Shown here piece by piece: positions 25,397 through 39,808 of a stretch of 64,000 nt of DNA. This stretch comes from Laetmonice hystrix (lineage: Eukaryota). How positions within the stretch are numbered: the first letter of the stretch is position 1; each line of letters begins with the position of its first letter. Position numbers and translations under genes: made by a program. The DNA lies in assembly GCA_965235115.1 (NCBI GenBank), contig OZ249447.1, positions 7,440,001-7,504,000 of the forward strand, in the 5' to 3' direction. The notes below the pieces were generated by a model that searched no databases, was not told where the DNA came from, and saw nothing but the letters and a program-made list of their open reading frames with translations.

Positions 25397-27496
25397 TGTG
25401 TCAGGGTAGGGTAATGGAAGGTGGTGAGGTCTGGTTGTTATAGGTAGGGTAACGTATTGACACTGAGTGTTCTCAGTCAATGTGTCAGGGTAGGGTAATG
25501 GAAGGTGGTGAGTTCTGGTTGTTATAGGTAGGGTAACGTATTGACACTGAGTGTTCTCAGTCAATGTGTCGGGGTAGGGTAATGGAAGGTGGTGAGGTCT
25601 GGTTGTTATAGGTAGGGTAACGTATTGACACTGAGTGTTCTCAGTCAATGTGTCAGGGTAGGGTAATGGAAGGTTGTCTGGTTGTTATAGGTAGGGTAAC
25701 GTATTGACACTGAGTGTTCTCAGTCTATGTGTCAGGGTAGGGTAATGGAAGGTGGTGAGGTCTGGTTGTTATAGGTAGGGTAACGTATTGACACTGAGTG
25801 TTCTCAGTCAATGTGTCAGGGTAGGGTAATGGAAGGTGGTGAGTTCTGGTTGTTATAGGTAGGGTAACGTATTGACACTGAGTGTTCTCAGTCAATGTGT
25901 CAGGGTAGGGTAATGGAAGGTGGTGAGGTCTGGTTGTTATAGGTAGGGTAACGTATTGACACTGAGTGTTCTCAGTCTATGTGTCAGGGTAGGGTAATGG
26001 AAGGTGGTGAGGTCTGGTTGTTATAGGTAGGGTAACGTATTGACACTGAGTGTTCTCAGTCTATGTGTCAGGGTAGGGTAATGGAAGGTTGTCTGGTTGT
26101 TATAGGTAGGGTAACGTATTGACACTGAGTGTTCTCAGTCAATGTGTCAGGGTAGGGTAATGGAAGGTGGTGAGGTCTGGTTGTTATAGGTAGGGTAACG
26201 TATTGACACTGAGTGTTCTCAGTCTATGTGTCAGGGTAGGGTAATGGAAGGTGGTGAGGTCTGGTTGTTATAGGTAGGGTAACGTATTGACACTGAGTGT
26301 TCTCAGTCAGTGTGTCGGGGTAGGGTAATGGAAGGTGGTGAGGTCTGGTTGTTATAGGTAGGGTAACGTATTGACACTGAGTGTTCTCAGTCAGTGTGTC
26401 GGGGTAGGGTAATGGAAGGTGGTGAGTTCTGGTTGTTATAGGTAGGGTAACGTATTGACACTGAGTGTTCTCAGTCAGTGTGTCGGGGTAGGGTAATGGA
26501 AGGTGGTGAGGTCTGGTTGTTATAGGTAGGGTAACGTATTGACACTGAGTGTTCTCAGTCAATGTGTCAGGGTAGGGTAATGGAAGGTTGTCTGGTTGTT
26601 ATAGGTAGGGTAACGTATTGACACTGAGTGTTCTCAGTCAATGTGTCAGGGTAGGGTAATGGAAGGTTGTCTGGTTGTTATAGGTAGGGTAACGTATTGA
26701 CACTGAGTGTTCTCAGTCAATGTGTCAGGGTAGGGTAATGGAAGGTGGTGAGGTCTGGTTGTTATAGGTAGGGTAACGTATTGACACTGAGTGTTCTCAG
26801 TCTATGTGTCAGGGTAGGGTAATGGAAGGTTGTCTGGTTGTTATAGGTAGGGTAACGTATTGACACTGAGTGTTCTCAGTCAATGTGTCAGGGTAGGGTA
26901 ATGGGAGGTTGTCTGGTTGTTATAGGTAGGGTAACGTATTGACACTGAGTGTTCTCAGTCTATGTGTCAGGGTAGGGTAATGGAAGGTTGTCTGGTTGTT
27001 ATAGGTAGGGTAACGTATTGACACTGAGTGTTCTCAGTCTATGTGTCAGGGTAGGGTAATGGAAGGTGGTGAGGTCTGGTTGTTATAGGTAGGGTAACGT
27101 ATTGACACTGAGTGTTCTCAGTCAATGTGTCAGGGTAGGGTAATGGAAGGTTGTCTGGTTGTTATAGGTAGGGTAACGTATTGACACTGAGTGTTCTCAG
27201 TCTATGTGTCAGGGTAGGGTAATGGAAGGTGGTGAGCTCTGGTTGTTATAGGTAGGGTAACGTATTGACACTGAGTGTTCTCAGTCAATGTGTCAGGGTA
27301 GGGTAATGGAAGGTGGTGAGGTCTGGTTGTTATAGGTAGGGTAACGTATTGACACTGAGTGTTCTCAGTCAATGTGTCAGGGTAGGGTAATGGAAGGTGG
27401 TGAGTTCTGGTTGTTATAGGTAGGGTAACGTATTGACACTGAGTGTTCTCAGTCAATGTGTCAGGATAGGGTTGTTATAGGTAGGGTAACGTATTG
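25397..27496. repeat. 78/84-bp minisatellite, ~25 copies
   Basis: Unit TGTGTCAGGGTAGGGTAATGGAAGGTGGTGAGGTCTGGTTGTTATAGGTAGGGTAACGTATTGACACTGAGTGTTCTCAGTCAA, plus a 6-nt-shorter variant. Confidence 0.97.
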
Positions 27497-28989
27497 CAGG
27501 CCCCCGTTGTATGTGGGCAGAACGACCAGAACCTGTGTATGCACATTGTATTGGGGACACAGACAGTGATCGATCGGTGGTGAACCCTTACACTGTCTGG
27601 GAATATTGTTCTCAAAACCTTACCTACATAATGCTCCCTTGCCATATGGAAAAGAGCGGGATGACGCTTTTCTCCACGTTCTAATTAGATATTATACCAC
27701 GGTTCTGATATTCGATATTATACCACATTTTATTATTTACCAACCTATTAACGCCCGTTAGTTTCATGCAGGTATAACGTAAGATACGGTTATAGAAAAA
27801 TTGAAAAAAGAACTACTCTTTCATTATTTTCTGCCTTACAAACACTTTGGTACAACACTGTTACCTGATTTAGAATTCGCACGATACTTTCACGGATATT
27901 AGGTGTGATATGTGAAGGCTAGTATACGTATATATACAAAAGCAGGAACCCCCCCCCCCCCCCCCTCCGCCGCCTGCCTTTCCTGGCGAAACCTATGTCT
28001 GTCAGTGGTTGTGAACTGGGCTATCTCCAGCCTAATTAAATAGTTTCTGTCATCCCGGAATCAACAACCCATCTTACCTTTAGGGCTGTTCCGGTGCGCA
28101 GCTAATCAGTAATTACACAATACTTTGAACCTTATTTCACTCATTTGGAAAATAACAGGAATCGGTATTCGATGCATTGAATAATGCATAATTTAACATC
28201 AAAGAAAATTGACAACATTATGATGAAAAGTTTGAATGTTTTATCCTGCTACAAAGGCCAAGAACTTTCAGAGATAATCTATTCAACTCTTGTTCTTGTG
28301 AAACATAAAGTGAAGGCGTAGAATCCGTGTAAGCTTTATGAATAGCGGAAGGTTGAATATGTGTGCACAAGGATCAATGACGACTGACATATCTCCTTCA
28401 TAGTCAGAATACACCAAGGAGACAGTGTACAGACGGAGGCTGGGGGCCTACCCCCCACCCCCCGACCCGGCCCTTGACACGGCCCCGTCTGCCGGAGCTA
28501 GGGCTTTGACAGGTGTCGTTCCTACCAAAGTGACGGCTGGGATGAAGTATTGATCAGTTTAGCCGTCAGGTGGCACTCGTCAGGGTAATAATAGCATCAC
28601 TTGATATTGAAGAGTGTAAATGTAAGGGAGAATTGATGGAAGGATATGCCTCAGGATGCTGCAGTGTTAGAAGGAAGGGTAGGCGACCAAAGGCAGACTG
28701 AGATGTACCCTAGAGCCGGTGTCTGCTACCCCTGGGTCTCTTGTCTCCCGTTGGGTACCTCCCAATGTTATCACTCTTCATGGGAACGACCCGGTGACAG
28801 ATATAGACGATTGCTAATGTCTATCTGCGGCACAGTACCTTTGATGGTTGTCAGGGACGGGTGGCGGGAGACTTGTGTCGGGTCTGTGGGGAGGTCAGAT
28901 CTTATAGAACGAGGAGGACCGAACTCGCTCTTCCCTTCCTCCCTCTTCGCTTTGTGTCTGGCACCTCAGACATCGCCACATCTGTTTGT

Positions 28990-29038
28990 ATGGAGTGTAA
29001 AGAGCATATCAACCGATGCAGACCCAGGAGGTCAGCAG
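28990..29038 (+). CDS. Weak candidate alternative first exon (MECKEHINRCRPRRSA)
   Basis: ATG at 28990; CAG|GTTGGT phase-1 donor at 29039. Confidence 0.25.
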
Positions 29039-30039
29039 GTTGGTACGCATTGCCAGTGGTTACAAGCACATCATGACGATCTGTCTCACTGTATGGGGAA
29101 TGGCTGGTGCGCGTTGCCAGTGGTGACAACCACGTCATGACGATCTGTCTCACTGTATGAGGAATGGTTACCAGTGGTTACAAGCACATCTTGACGATCT
29201 GTCTCACTGTATGGGGAATGATCGGTGCGCGTTGCCAGTGGTTACAACCATATCATGACGATCTGTCTCACTGTATGGGGAATGGTTGGTGCGCGTTGCC
29301 AGTGGTTACAAGCACATCACTACGATCTGTCTCACTGTATGGGGAATGGTTGGTGCGCGTTGCCAGTGGTTACAACCATATCATGACGATCTGTCTCACT
29401 GTATGGGGAATGGTTGGTGCGCGTTGCCAGTGGTTACAACCATATCATGACGATCTGTCTCACTGTATGGGGAATGGTTGGTGCGCGTTGCCAGTGGTTA
29501 CAAGCACATCACGACGATCTGTCTCACTGTATGGGGAATGGTTGGTGCGCGTTGCCAGTGGTTACAACCACATCATGACGATCTGTCTCACTGTATGGGG
29601 AATGGCTGGTGCGCGTTGCCAGTGGTGACAACCACATCATGACGATCTGTCTCACTGTATGAGGAATGGTTACCAGTGGTTACAAGCACATCTTGACGAT
29701 CTGTCTCACTGTATGGGGAATGGCTGGTGCGCGTTGCCAGTGGTTACAACCACATCATGACGATGTTTCACTGTATGGGGAATGGTTGGTGCGCGTTGCC
29801 AGTGGTTACAACCACGTCATGACGATCTGTCTCACTGTATGGGGAATGGTTGGTGCGCGTTGCCAATGGTTACAACCACGTCATGACGATCTGTCTCACT
29901 GTATGGGGAATGGTTGGTGCGCGTTGCCAATGGTTAAAACCACATCATGACGATATGTCTCACTGTATGGGGAATGGTTAGTGCGCGTTGCCAGTGGTTA
30001 CAAGCACATCATGACGATCTGTCTCACTCTGTGGGGAAT
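29039..30039. repeat. 64-bp minisatellite, ~15-16 copies
   Basis: Unit TGGTGCGCGTTGCCAGTGGTTACAACCATATCATGACGATCTGTCTCACTGTATGGGGAATGGT. Confidence 0.95.
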
Positions 30040-31591
30040 AACCCCAGCCTAGGCTACCGCCAACTTCACGGCACTCAGGGCTGTTTAGTCAGCATACACT
30101 CTTCTCTTGTCACATGTCCTGAAAGATACGCTCTGCTTAATGGAGCCCTATATCAGTTTGTATGAAAATATACATTCCATGCTTGGGAACGTAATGAGCG
30201 CTCAACATGTTGGTTGGGTGACAGTTGTTGAGAGAGTGACCGTAAGGACGGGGTAACCCCCCCCCCCCCCCCCGAGTGGCATGGAAATGACATGGCGCGG
30301 CTGCTGTAGGAGGGGGTGGGGTGAAAGGAAGAACCCAGGAGTGTACGTATACACTGTTTCCTCCAGAAGTCAACCTTAACCTTTGAGTTCAGACACAGTA
30401 TCTGCCCACCTCCTGCTGTTGTTGCCCCACCACATGCTGGGGATATGGAGGTTAGGTGTACCCAGAGAATTACATGTATAGCAGTGCGCACACTGTGTGT
30501 GGTCATTTCTAGACTCTGGTATTATGAGTACACGTAGGGTAATACTCATATCAAACCTCTACCCCCCCCCCCCCGGCCAGGCCATGGGCTCCAGGCTGGC
30601 TCAGCCAGTGTGGATGGTACCTATCTCATTTTACATTGAGTCCGGTCATAGTTTGTACACTCAGAGGAAGGTATCCAGCCATACTCTGTACGCTCACAAG
30701 GATGATGCTGTTGGCCGTTGCGTCAGATGGACCAACGAGTATAGAGGCCGGTTTCAGCAGGCCTTGTTACCGCAGTATCCAGATAAGCAGGGAGAAGCCT
30801 TATCTACTCCCTCCACATTACCATTGGCGCTGCCAAATGTCATCTCTGCCAAATGTCATACCGGTAACAACTTTGACGAGGCCTGGAAATCTCCTTAATA
30901 AACCCCCTCCGGTGGATTTTTTCTCCATATTAGTTGTTATACTTGATAAGGATGAAAGCATGTTGGGTTGAAGGACGGTCACTATTAATGGCTTACCCTA
31001 GATGACGACCGTCAGGTGACTGTATTTAAATTCCCGTTAAAATGTTTTTTATTGAATTTAAACGCTTTGTTTCTACTGCAGTGATAGATATTAAAGTCAG
31101 TTATGGTGGTATGTATTTCCAGTTGACATAAAGTCCCAGAGGTCAGGTGTTATTTGCCAACAGCGCGACCAATGTCGGATTATCTGTCTGAGGTCGATGA
31201 AACCGTATCGATGGTATTTACAGCCAATATAGAATAATTGGATACCTTTACATCCGGCCGGGAATCCATTTCTATTAATGACCAGTTAGGTGGCAGGCTC
31301 AATAATTATTAGAAACACAAAGGTTTGTCAAGCAAACTAATAACAGCAGAGACAATGTTGACTTGCTTTCTTGTTGTTCCAAAGATTCAGGTATTCAGCG
31401 ATTTAATTTATAGCGGAATCATGGAATTACAACAAAGAAAGCACTTTTGGCAGAAATGATGTAATAACTGCAGTGGTATTGATTGGTGCTATTATGTAAC
31501 TAATCCGCCGTAAAGCTCCCAGAAACAGACCAGAATATCCAAACGGATTAGGCTTTGAGTGGCGCAAACAGCCCCCCCCCCCCCCAGGCTC

Positions 31592-32398
31592 TGTTACAAC
31601 CACTGCCAGTAGTAATCACCTCCTGTCGAGATCATATTGATACCTGTATTGCTGCAGTATACCGGTGATATGTTACAACCACTGCCAGTAGCAATCACCC
31701 ACAGATCATATTGATACCTGTATTGCTGCAGTATACCGGTGATATGTTACAACCACTGCCAGTAGCAATCACTGACAGATCATATTGATACCTGTATTGC
31801 TGCAGTATACCGGTGATATGTTACAACCACTGTCAGTAGCAATCACTGACAGATCATATTGATACCTGTATTGCTGCAGTATACCGGCGATATGTTACAA
31901 CCACTGCCAGTAGCAATCACGTCCTGTCGAGATCATATTGATACCTGTATTGCTGCAGTATACCGGTGATATGTTACAAACACTGCCAGCAGCAATCACT
32001 GACAGATCATATTGATACCTGTATTGCTGCAGTATACCGGTGATATGTTACAAACACTGTCAGTAGCAATCACTGACAGATCATATTGATACCTGTATTA
32101 CTGCAGTATACCGGCGATATGTTACAACCACTGCCAGTAGCAATCACTGACAGATCGTATTGATACCTGTATTACTGCAGTATACCGGTGATATGTTACA
32201 AACACTGTCAGTAGCAATCACGTCCTGTCGACAGGTCATATTGATACCTGTATTGCTGCAGTATACCGGTGATATGTTACAACCACTGCCAGTAGCAATC
32301 ACCGACAGATCATATTGATACCTGTATTGCTGCAGTATACCGGTGATATGTTACAACCACTGTCAGGAGCAACCTGTATTGCTGCAGTATATGCGATA
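31592..32398. repeat. 74/78-bp minisatellite, ~10-11 copies
   Basis: Unit ATGTTACAACCACTGCCAGTAGCAATCACTGACAGATCATATTGATACCTGTATTGCTGCAGTATACCGGTGAT. Confidence 0.95.
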
Positions 32399-33390
32399 TG
32401 AGCTTTTCAGACAGTCAGGATTTCCACCAGATAACCCTGTACATTGTTCTTTCCAGTCACAGATGTCGATTTAGGTTATTGCTCTATTTAATTTGATTGT
32501 CATGGTAATGAGCTAGATTCTTGCGCTGTGCCAGTCCTTGGTAGCTCCTCTGAAATAATTCATTCCCCTCTAATTGAACACGATCACCAGACCTCCGACT
32601 GATTGGCTTACATCATTCCGGTCTGTGGGAGAAAGCTCTTGGTCTTAGTGGTTGCTGTCAGTACATTTTGTAAAGTGAAAAGCCCCTTAGTGACGAGTTA
32701 CTGGTGTGATTAAAAATTGTCCCAACTGGCCTGTGGGAACTTGTTGCGAGTTTTTTCAACAGTCTCCGATAGTAGGTAAGGAGGTGGCTTTCAGGTGGGG
32801 TTACCGTGACCTCATTGTCAAAGGTCAGCCAGCCGTGGCCACCAGTCTGTGCTCGTGTCTGAACCGTGTTTACCTTCACTGATAGCGCCTTCAATAAAAG
32901 ACCATCAATTACCAGCCAATGCAGTGCCGTTTCTAGGTGTTCCCGACTCTGCCGACGCCATGGTTGTGTGCTGTAAGCAAGCCTGGCCATGGACCTGTGG
33001 GTGGAGGACGCTACAATTGTCCTAGCCATGACACGGAGGTCTTAACTGTGGTCAGCCGGTCAGTCCTGGTGGTGTTCGGTCCTGGTGGTGTTTGAGTCAG
33101 TCCAAACACATTCAACGCGCCACCCCCGCGTCTGCCCGGTTGGCATGACAACAGCTTGCGGCCAGGCTGGCCCCGCTGGAGGCCCTGCGTGGTCGGAAGT
33201 TAAGGAAATGACAAGGGTAACGTTTCATCCAGGGGGGACGTCTCACTGGAGGAGAATATTCCGGTGTGGGATGTGGGACACCTCCTGGCAGGAGGTAAAT
33301 GACGGTCTCCTCCGGACTGTAGAACGGGGTCAGAGGATCCCGGCGACCAGGGAGGGAGACACACCAGCTAACATAACCAGCAGGGTCTAG

Positions 33391-33697
33391 TACAGCTGGG
33401 TGTAGGCGTTGATTATCATGGTCCAGATATATTATGGACCACTTGAGGTTTGACATAAATCAGTGATCGTCTTATCTTCATGAAGTAGACTCGTGTATAG
33501 ACATACCCTTACCTATGACCGTGAACGAATAGTATGGGTCTGACTCTCCTACAGCTGGGTGTAGGCGTGGATTATCATGGTCCAGATATATTATGGACCA
33601 CTTGAGGTTTGAAATAAATCAGAGGTTGTCTTATCTTCATGAAGTAGACTCGTGTATAGACATACACTTACCTATGACCGTGAACGAATAGTATAGG
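33391..33697. repeat. ~159-bp tandem duplication
   Basis: TACAGCTGGGTGTAGGCGT... starts at 33391 and 33550 with a few substitutions. Confidence 0.9.
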
Positions 33698-34243
33698 TTA
33701 GTACAAGCTCTGGCCATGGGAGTTCCTACAAAATCTAGATCTTTACAACTCCAAAGTTCGAATTGATCCATAGATGTCATTCATGCCATACCCGATATAT
33801 GACTTCAAAAGGTGAAAGAATCATATAGTCTCCAGACATATCCGTTCATGTTTTCCATAAAGGTTTCGGGAATAGCTTTACTAGATATTGAATTGAGCGG
33901 CGACACCCCCTACCACCCCCGTTTCATAGGAATGTGTCAAGAGTTCAGGGGGAAAGGGTATGCACGTCCTGTATGTATCAGACACAAAATATAAAGAATT
34001 ATGAAATGTTCAGAGTTTGTAACTTTGTTGAATTTCTGAGAGGCGGGCGGTGGCCGTGGTTTGTGGGTTGAAGGTTGGGTTTCAGACACATGACGGCTTT
34101 GAATGCAAGCAGTTAGAGACAGACTGAGACGGAACGAATGTATTGCTGCTGAAAGCATGACCCACGAATAATTCCCGTTTTCTGTAACCTTGCTATCATT
34201 GATCTGCCATTCATCAGAGCTGAAGAGAACACACCACAATAGA

Positions 34244-35888
34244 TAACAGGCCGGGTTTGTGACCGCCACTGAGGGGTAACAGGCCGGGTTTGTGACCGCC
34301 ACTGAGGGGTAACAGGCCGGGTTTGTGACCGCCACTGAGGGGTAACAGGCCGGGTTTGTGACCGCCACTGAGGGGTGACAGGCCGGGTTTGTGACCGCCA
34401 CTGAGGGGTAACAGGCCGGGTTTGTGACCGCCACTGAGGGGTGACAGGCCGGGTTTGTGACCGCCACTGAGGGGTAACAGGCCGGGTTTGTGACCGCCAC
34501 TGAGGGGTAACAGGCCGGGTTTGTGACCGCCACTGAGGGGTAACAGGCCGGGTTTGTGACCGCCACTGAGGGGTAACAGGCCGGGTTTGTGACCGCCACT
34601 GAGGGGTGACAGGCCGGGTTTGTGACCGCCACTGAGGGGTAACAGGCCGGGTTTGTGACCGCCACTGAGGGGTGACAGGCCGGGTTTGTGACCGCCACTG
34701 GGGGGTAACAGGCCGGGTTTGTGACCGCCACTGGGGGGTAACAGGCCGGGTTTGTGACCGCCACTGGGGGGTAACAGGCCGGGTTTGTGACCGCCACTGG
34801 GGGGTAACAGGCCGGGTTTGTGACCGCCACTGGGGGGTAACAGGCCGGGTTTGTGACCGCCACTGGGGGGTAACAGGCCGGGTTTGTGACCGCCACTGAG
34901 GGGTAACAGGCCGGGTTTGTGACCGCCACTGGGGGGTAACAGGCCGGGTTTGTGACCGCCACTGAGGGGTAACAGGCCGGGTTTGTGACCGCCACTGGGG
35001 GGTAACAGGCCGGGTTTGTGACCGCCACTGGGGGGTAACAGGCCGGGTTTGTGACCGCCACTGAGGGGTAACAGGCCGGGTTTGTGACCGCCACTGGGGG
35101 GTAACAGGCCGGGTTTGTGACCGCCACTGAGGGGTAACAGGCCGGGTTTGTGACCGCCACTGGGGGGTAACAGGCCGGGTTTGTGACCGCCACTGAGGGG
35201 TAACAGGCCGGGTTTGTGACCGCCACTGAGGGGTAACAGGCCGGGTTTGTGACCGCCACTGAGGGGTAACAGGCCGGGTTTGTGACCGCCACTGAGGGGT
35301 AACAGGCCGGGTTTGTGACCGCCACTGAGGGGTAACAGGCCGGGTTTGTGACCGCCACTGAGGGGTAACAGGCCGGGTTTGTGACCGCCACTGAGGGGTA
35401 ACAGGCCGGGTTTGTGACCGCCACTGAGGGGTAACAGGCCGGGTTTGTCACCGCCACTGAGGGGTAACAGGCCGGGTTTGTGACCGCCACTGGGGGGTAA
35501 CAGGCCGGGTTTGTGACCGCCACTGAGGGGTAACAGGCCGGGTTTGTGACCGCCACTGGGGGGTAACAGGCCGGGTTTGTGACCGCCACTGAGGGGTAAC
35601 AGGCCGGGTTTGTGACCGCCACTGAGGGGTAACAGGCCGGGTTTGTGACCGCCACTGAGGGGTAACAGGCCGGGTTTGTGACCGCCACTGAGGGGTAACA
35701 GGCCGGGTTTGTGACCGCCACTGAGGGGTAACAGGCCGGGTTTGTGACCGCCACTGAGGGGTAACAGGCCGGGTTTGTGACCGCCACTGAGGGGTAACAG
35801 GCCGGGTTTGTGACCGCCACTGAGGGGTAACAGGCCGGGTTTGTCACCGCCACTGAGGGGTAACAGGCCGGGTTTGTTACCGCCACTG
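34244..35888. repeat. 33-bp minisatellite, ~50 near-identical copies
   Basis: Unit TAACAGGCCGGGTTTGTGACCGCCACTGAGGGG, with a few single-base variants. Confidence 0.98.
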
Positions 35889-38805
35889 GTAACTATGGCA
35901 GAAAGATTGCCACCATGGCTTTATTGGCTCACTCGCAATTCAACCAATATCCATCAAGGGAATCACGTGTGGGGAAAAGTGGAGCATGTAACTGGAATGA
36001 AACAGAAACTATTCAACGGTACAATACAAATGCGTAGACACATTTGGCCACTTAAACTATGGAGAGGTTTTCCTGTTGACTGAGGCTGATAATGAAAACT
36101 ACCTATCCATAGCACGGTGACGCAGATTGTAGATGATGGTCTATCAGCCTCGTTACAGGAGAAGTATTCACCAAAGCTAGTGAAGTTAAAACATCAATCT
36201 CTTTCTTACATCTCTAAGAGAACTGTTTTTGTGTCTCTTTCAAGGAACGATCCATTGTTGCACTTCTACAGCAATTTATAATTGTACGAAACTGACACAG
36301 TGATTAGGAGAAAGAGAAAGTCGATGGAAAATTAGACTGCGTTTGAACAGTTCACGTTATTTGGAGCAGTATGAATTGGAGCCATATATACACTAGTTAG
36401 TGAGCTCTCCGAAACTATAGTCAATAAATCATTGAACGCAAAAATCTAATGTCCAGTTCAATCAAATGTTACCTATTAGATTATATAGGCAGATGTAACG
36501 ACCGTGAACACTTCAATTTTTCATCGGCGTTGAGCTTTTCGTCTCCCGATTAGGGAAGTTTGAATGCATCAGTTGATATTGGAATTATTGTAACAAGAAA
36601 TCGATGATGAAGCTGTCTAGGTCGCTGTCAGTAGGATCGAAAGTTTGTCAGTGACTCACAGCTGGCTTTAACATTAGGCAGTAGCAAACATAAAATGTGT
36701 TTCGTGGCAAAAGGTTCAATATATTCTACTTGGATGTAACAGTTTGGACTTGTGCGAACGATATTGTTTGTTTAAAAATCATGGACTAAAAGCGTGCAGC
36801 CATTGTCAGTCATGAAGTCTGCTGTCAGATCTTTCAAAGTAGACAATGTGAATGTGACACCTGGCTCTGGACAACAGAAACCGAGGGATTCGTGAGTGAT
36901 GTGAAGTCAGTTTGTTGTCCCATTTACCTGCCCTTCGTCACCTTTAGAGGTCGAGCCAAGGTCATATGTCTATTTGTGGGAATCCCTAATTTAAAGTCTT
37001 ACAGACCGGTGGGATGCAACGCCTGGTATTCGGAGAATAATGAAAGACCAACATCAAATTGTTTCTTTGAACCCCCACGGATTCCCTCTGAAGACTTTGA
37101 AGATCATGCCAGGGCCAGAGTTAATGAGAGACGTTTGGCGATGATATTTTTATCACAGATACATTGTCCGTAATAAACACAGCGTTGTCAATGTAAAATT
37201 GTAATGTTCAGTTTTTCTACAGGTCTGTAGCATATATGCTGCTCTGCCATCATTAGATACCCGATCCTCTGATGGATCACCGCCTAAGAATTCAGCATTT
37301 GGAGATCACTTTGATCATGCTAAATTTGGATTTACGTGCCTCAACACTTGAGCTGAGTGTAAACATCCGAATCCACCCGATAGGTAATAATGTACAATAT
37401 GGTACAGTATACAGAACACATTGACTGTGGTAAAACGACCGACCGACACTGAGTGTAGGCCGGGAACTGGGAAGTAAAACAGGTGAAAAGATAAAAAGGT
37501 CTAATCATATTTTAGTTACCAATGGGGTACCAGAAACGTAGCATACCAGGATATATACCATTCAAGCTGTTTGTCAGCAGGCAAATCTGGTACCTATTGA
37601 TAAACCACAAATTTGGAAACCAGGTTTCATGTGCACACAGTACGGTAGCGGGGCACACTCAAATTGTTTTTGGCTATATATTAAACTGATGTGTTTTTTT
37701 TTCAAATGAGTGAAAATGATGCTAGAGTGAACTGTAGTATTAAACATTGGGCTGCCAGAGACTGTGTGATCCTGCAGCATGGGGATAATCGTACTGCCTC
37801 TGCTGCTGTTGATGTCATGGTCCCTGGAGACGTAATCCGTCCAGCCCTCAGACCAATCCTCTCTCCGTCCAACCATCTGATCCCCGCTGGCGCAGACCTC
37901 TGCACACAAATCTTCCATTTCATTAGGAAGAATGCCTACTAGTGTGAACCAGAAAATTCGTTAAAAAATAATAAAAATAGCCACTCCATGTCCTGGAGTG
38001 GCTTTAAAGTCAGGTTAGCTCGGACTAAGTTGGTTTTAGGGAATGTTGAAAATGTTAACATGAATCGTTCTGACATGGAGGGCCGCGACAACATGGGAAA
38101 CGACATGCAGCTTACCGGGTCAAGGCCGTGAACCTTGAGGCTGGGTAACCCCAAGGTCAAGTCAGCACCTCCGTCAATACGGGACTAGGGCAGTGAGTGA
38201 CTCATCCGGTCACAGCAGTGAATGGAGTCGTATGGCGGGGATTTCATGAGATCAAATCTTATTAACCAACCTTCACTGATCAATAGTGTGCAAACAGAAA
38301 GAGACGGAAAGAGATGACGATCTATAACCTAGCCATCACTGTTTGCAAACCCCTTTTTTATCACAGCTCGGATGAAAAGAGAAATTCGTTTGTCCAGGAG
38401 AGAGATCGAGATTCTCTCTAGACGCTAATAGATTTCCTTCCGATTCCTGAACTATTAGGAGCCATTTACGTGTGTGTTTCTTCTCAGCTACTTTTTACGT
38501 TGTTTCAAGTCATAAAATGTTATAGATCTGTGAAAGTTTGTAAAGAATAGCACATGTTGCTTCACTGCAGTGACTTCACTGAAGCCGCAGTGAGGTTAAA
38601 ATAATGGTGAATGTCAGCGCTGCATCATTTTCTTCCTGATGTTTTGCATTGTGGTATGCCGAGTCATGTGAATTAACTGCCAGTGTTAAACAGTTCCGCT
38701 CCGCCCCGCCACTATAAAAAACGGAGAAATAATTGTAGAGAACTTAAGTTAAAACAAACGAGCTGGGTTGTGACTGAAGGATGTAGCGAGTAGTTCCTGC
38801 TTAGA

Positions 38806-38820
38806 CAACAGATGGCGCTG
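38806..38820 (+). promoter_or_regulatory. CTCF-like motif
   Basis: CAACAGATGGCGCTG at the start of a CpG-richer patch. Confidence 0.3.
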
Positions 38821-39704
38821 TCAGAGGTGAAGGTCGGAGCAGACGTGAATGCCCTGTGGCCTGCATTGTTTGTGTCCCTCCCTCCTTTTGCTCTCAACCA
38901 TTGTTAGCTGGACGGTTGCACTCAACCCGAAACACGTCCGATAGGTGCACCAGCCATGTGTCCTGCCTCCCGAGGAGTCACAGACCCCATGCTCGGGCCA
39001 ATAGGGCTATAAGGGCCGAACGTGTGGTTATTCTGGCCTGGGGGTAGAATTAGCCGTCAGTAGAAAGAGTAAAACATTATCTTTGTTTTCACTTTATTCG
39101 TTTTGAAGTGTCGGTTTTCAAAGACTGTATTTTAAAACAAGCTGTTACCGAGCTGCAGCTGAAGTGAATGCGTTTGTCCTTGCCTCATTGTGTTTGGTAA
39201 ATCCGTCACAGAAACCAACATATGAGAAGGTACATTTAAACCGCCATAGAAAGCAAAGGTTCATTATTCACTGTCATAGTTCCCATCCTATCACATCCAC
39301 AATGACCAACATAAGTCATTATTTTGACAACACTAGATCTCGACATTTTAGTTCCACAAACCATTCTGCTGGTAGTCATTTATTGTCTTCAGTTACCTGA
39401 AGTGCGCATTAGAAACCATGGCAACCCGGTCATAATCCCGGCAGATGGTGTGGGGGAGGAGAACCCCTGACATTACAGTTGTAAGTCCCGTGGCTGGTCA
39501 GTAGGTCAGGGAGTGGATGAGTTGTACGGCCCCACACCCGACCCCAACCCCTATCCCTGTCCCCCAATACTGAGCGGGGTCAATGTCTGTGCGGCTGTCA
39601 TCACCCCGGTGGTGCCGTATGGGGGTTTCATGGTTGATCAGTGTAGTCTGACGGGTGATGGGCCTGTCATTGATTATGTCCTGAGTGATGCTTTCTTAGC
39701 CGAG

Positions 39705-39808
39705 TTGGGTTGGGTATAGTGAGTCTGTAGATGATTGTGTTGGGTTGGGTATAGTGAGTCTGTAGATGATTGTGTTGGGTTGGGTATAGGGAGTCTGTAG
39801 ATGATTTT
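39705..39808. repeat. 35-bp tandem repeat, ~3 copies
   Basis: TTGGGTTGGGTATAGTGAGTCTGTAGATGATTGTG at 39705, 39740 and 39775. Confidence 0.85.

Noticed and set aside
32658-33029. 123-aa minus-strand ORF
   Set aside because: No recognisable domain or splice support.
33937-35886. 649-aa ORF (VAVTNPACYPS repeats)
   Set aside because: Produced by a stop-free 33-bp minisatellite; GTG start, no splice or domain support.
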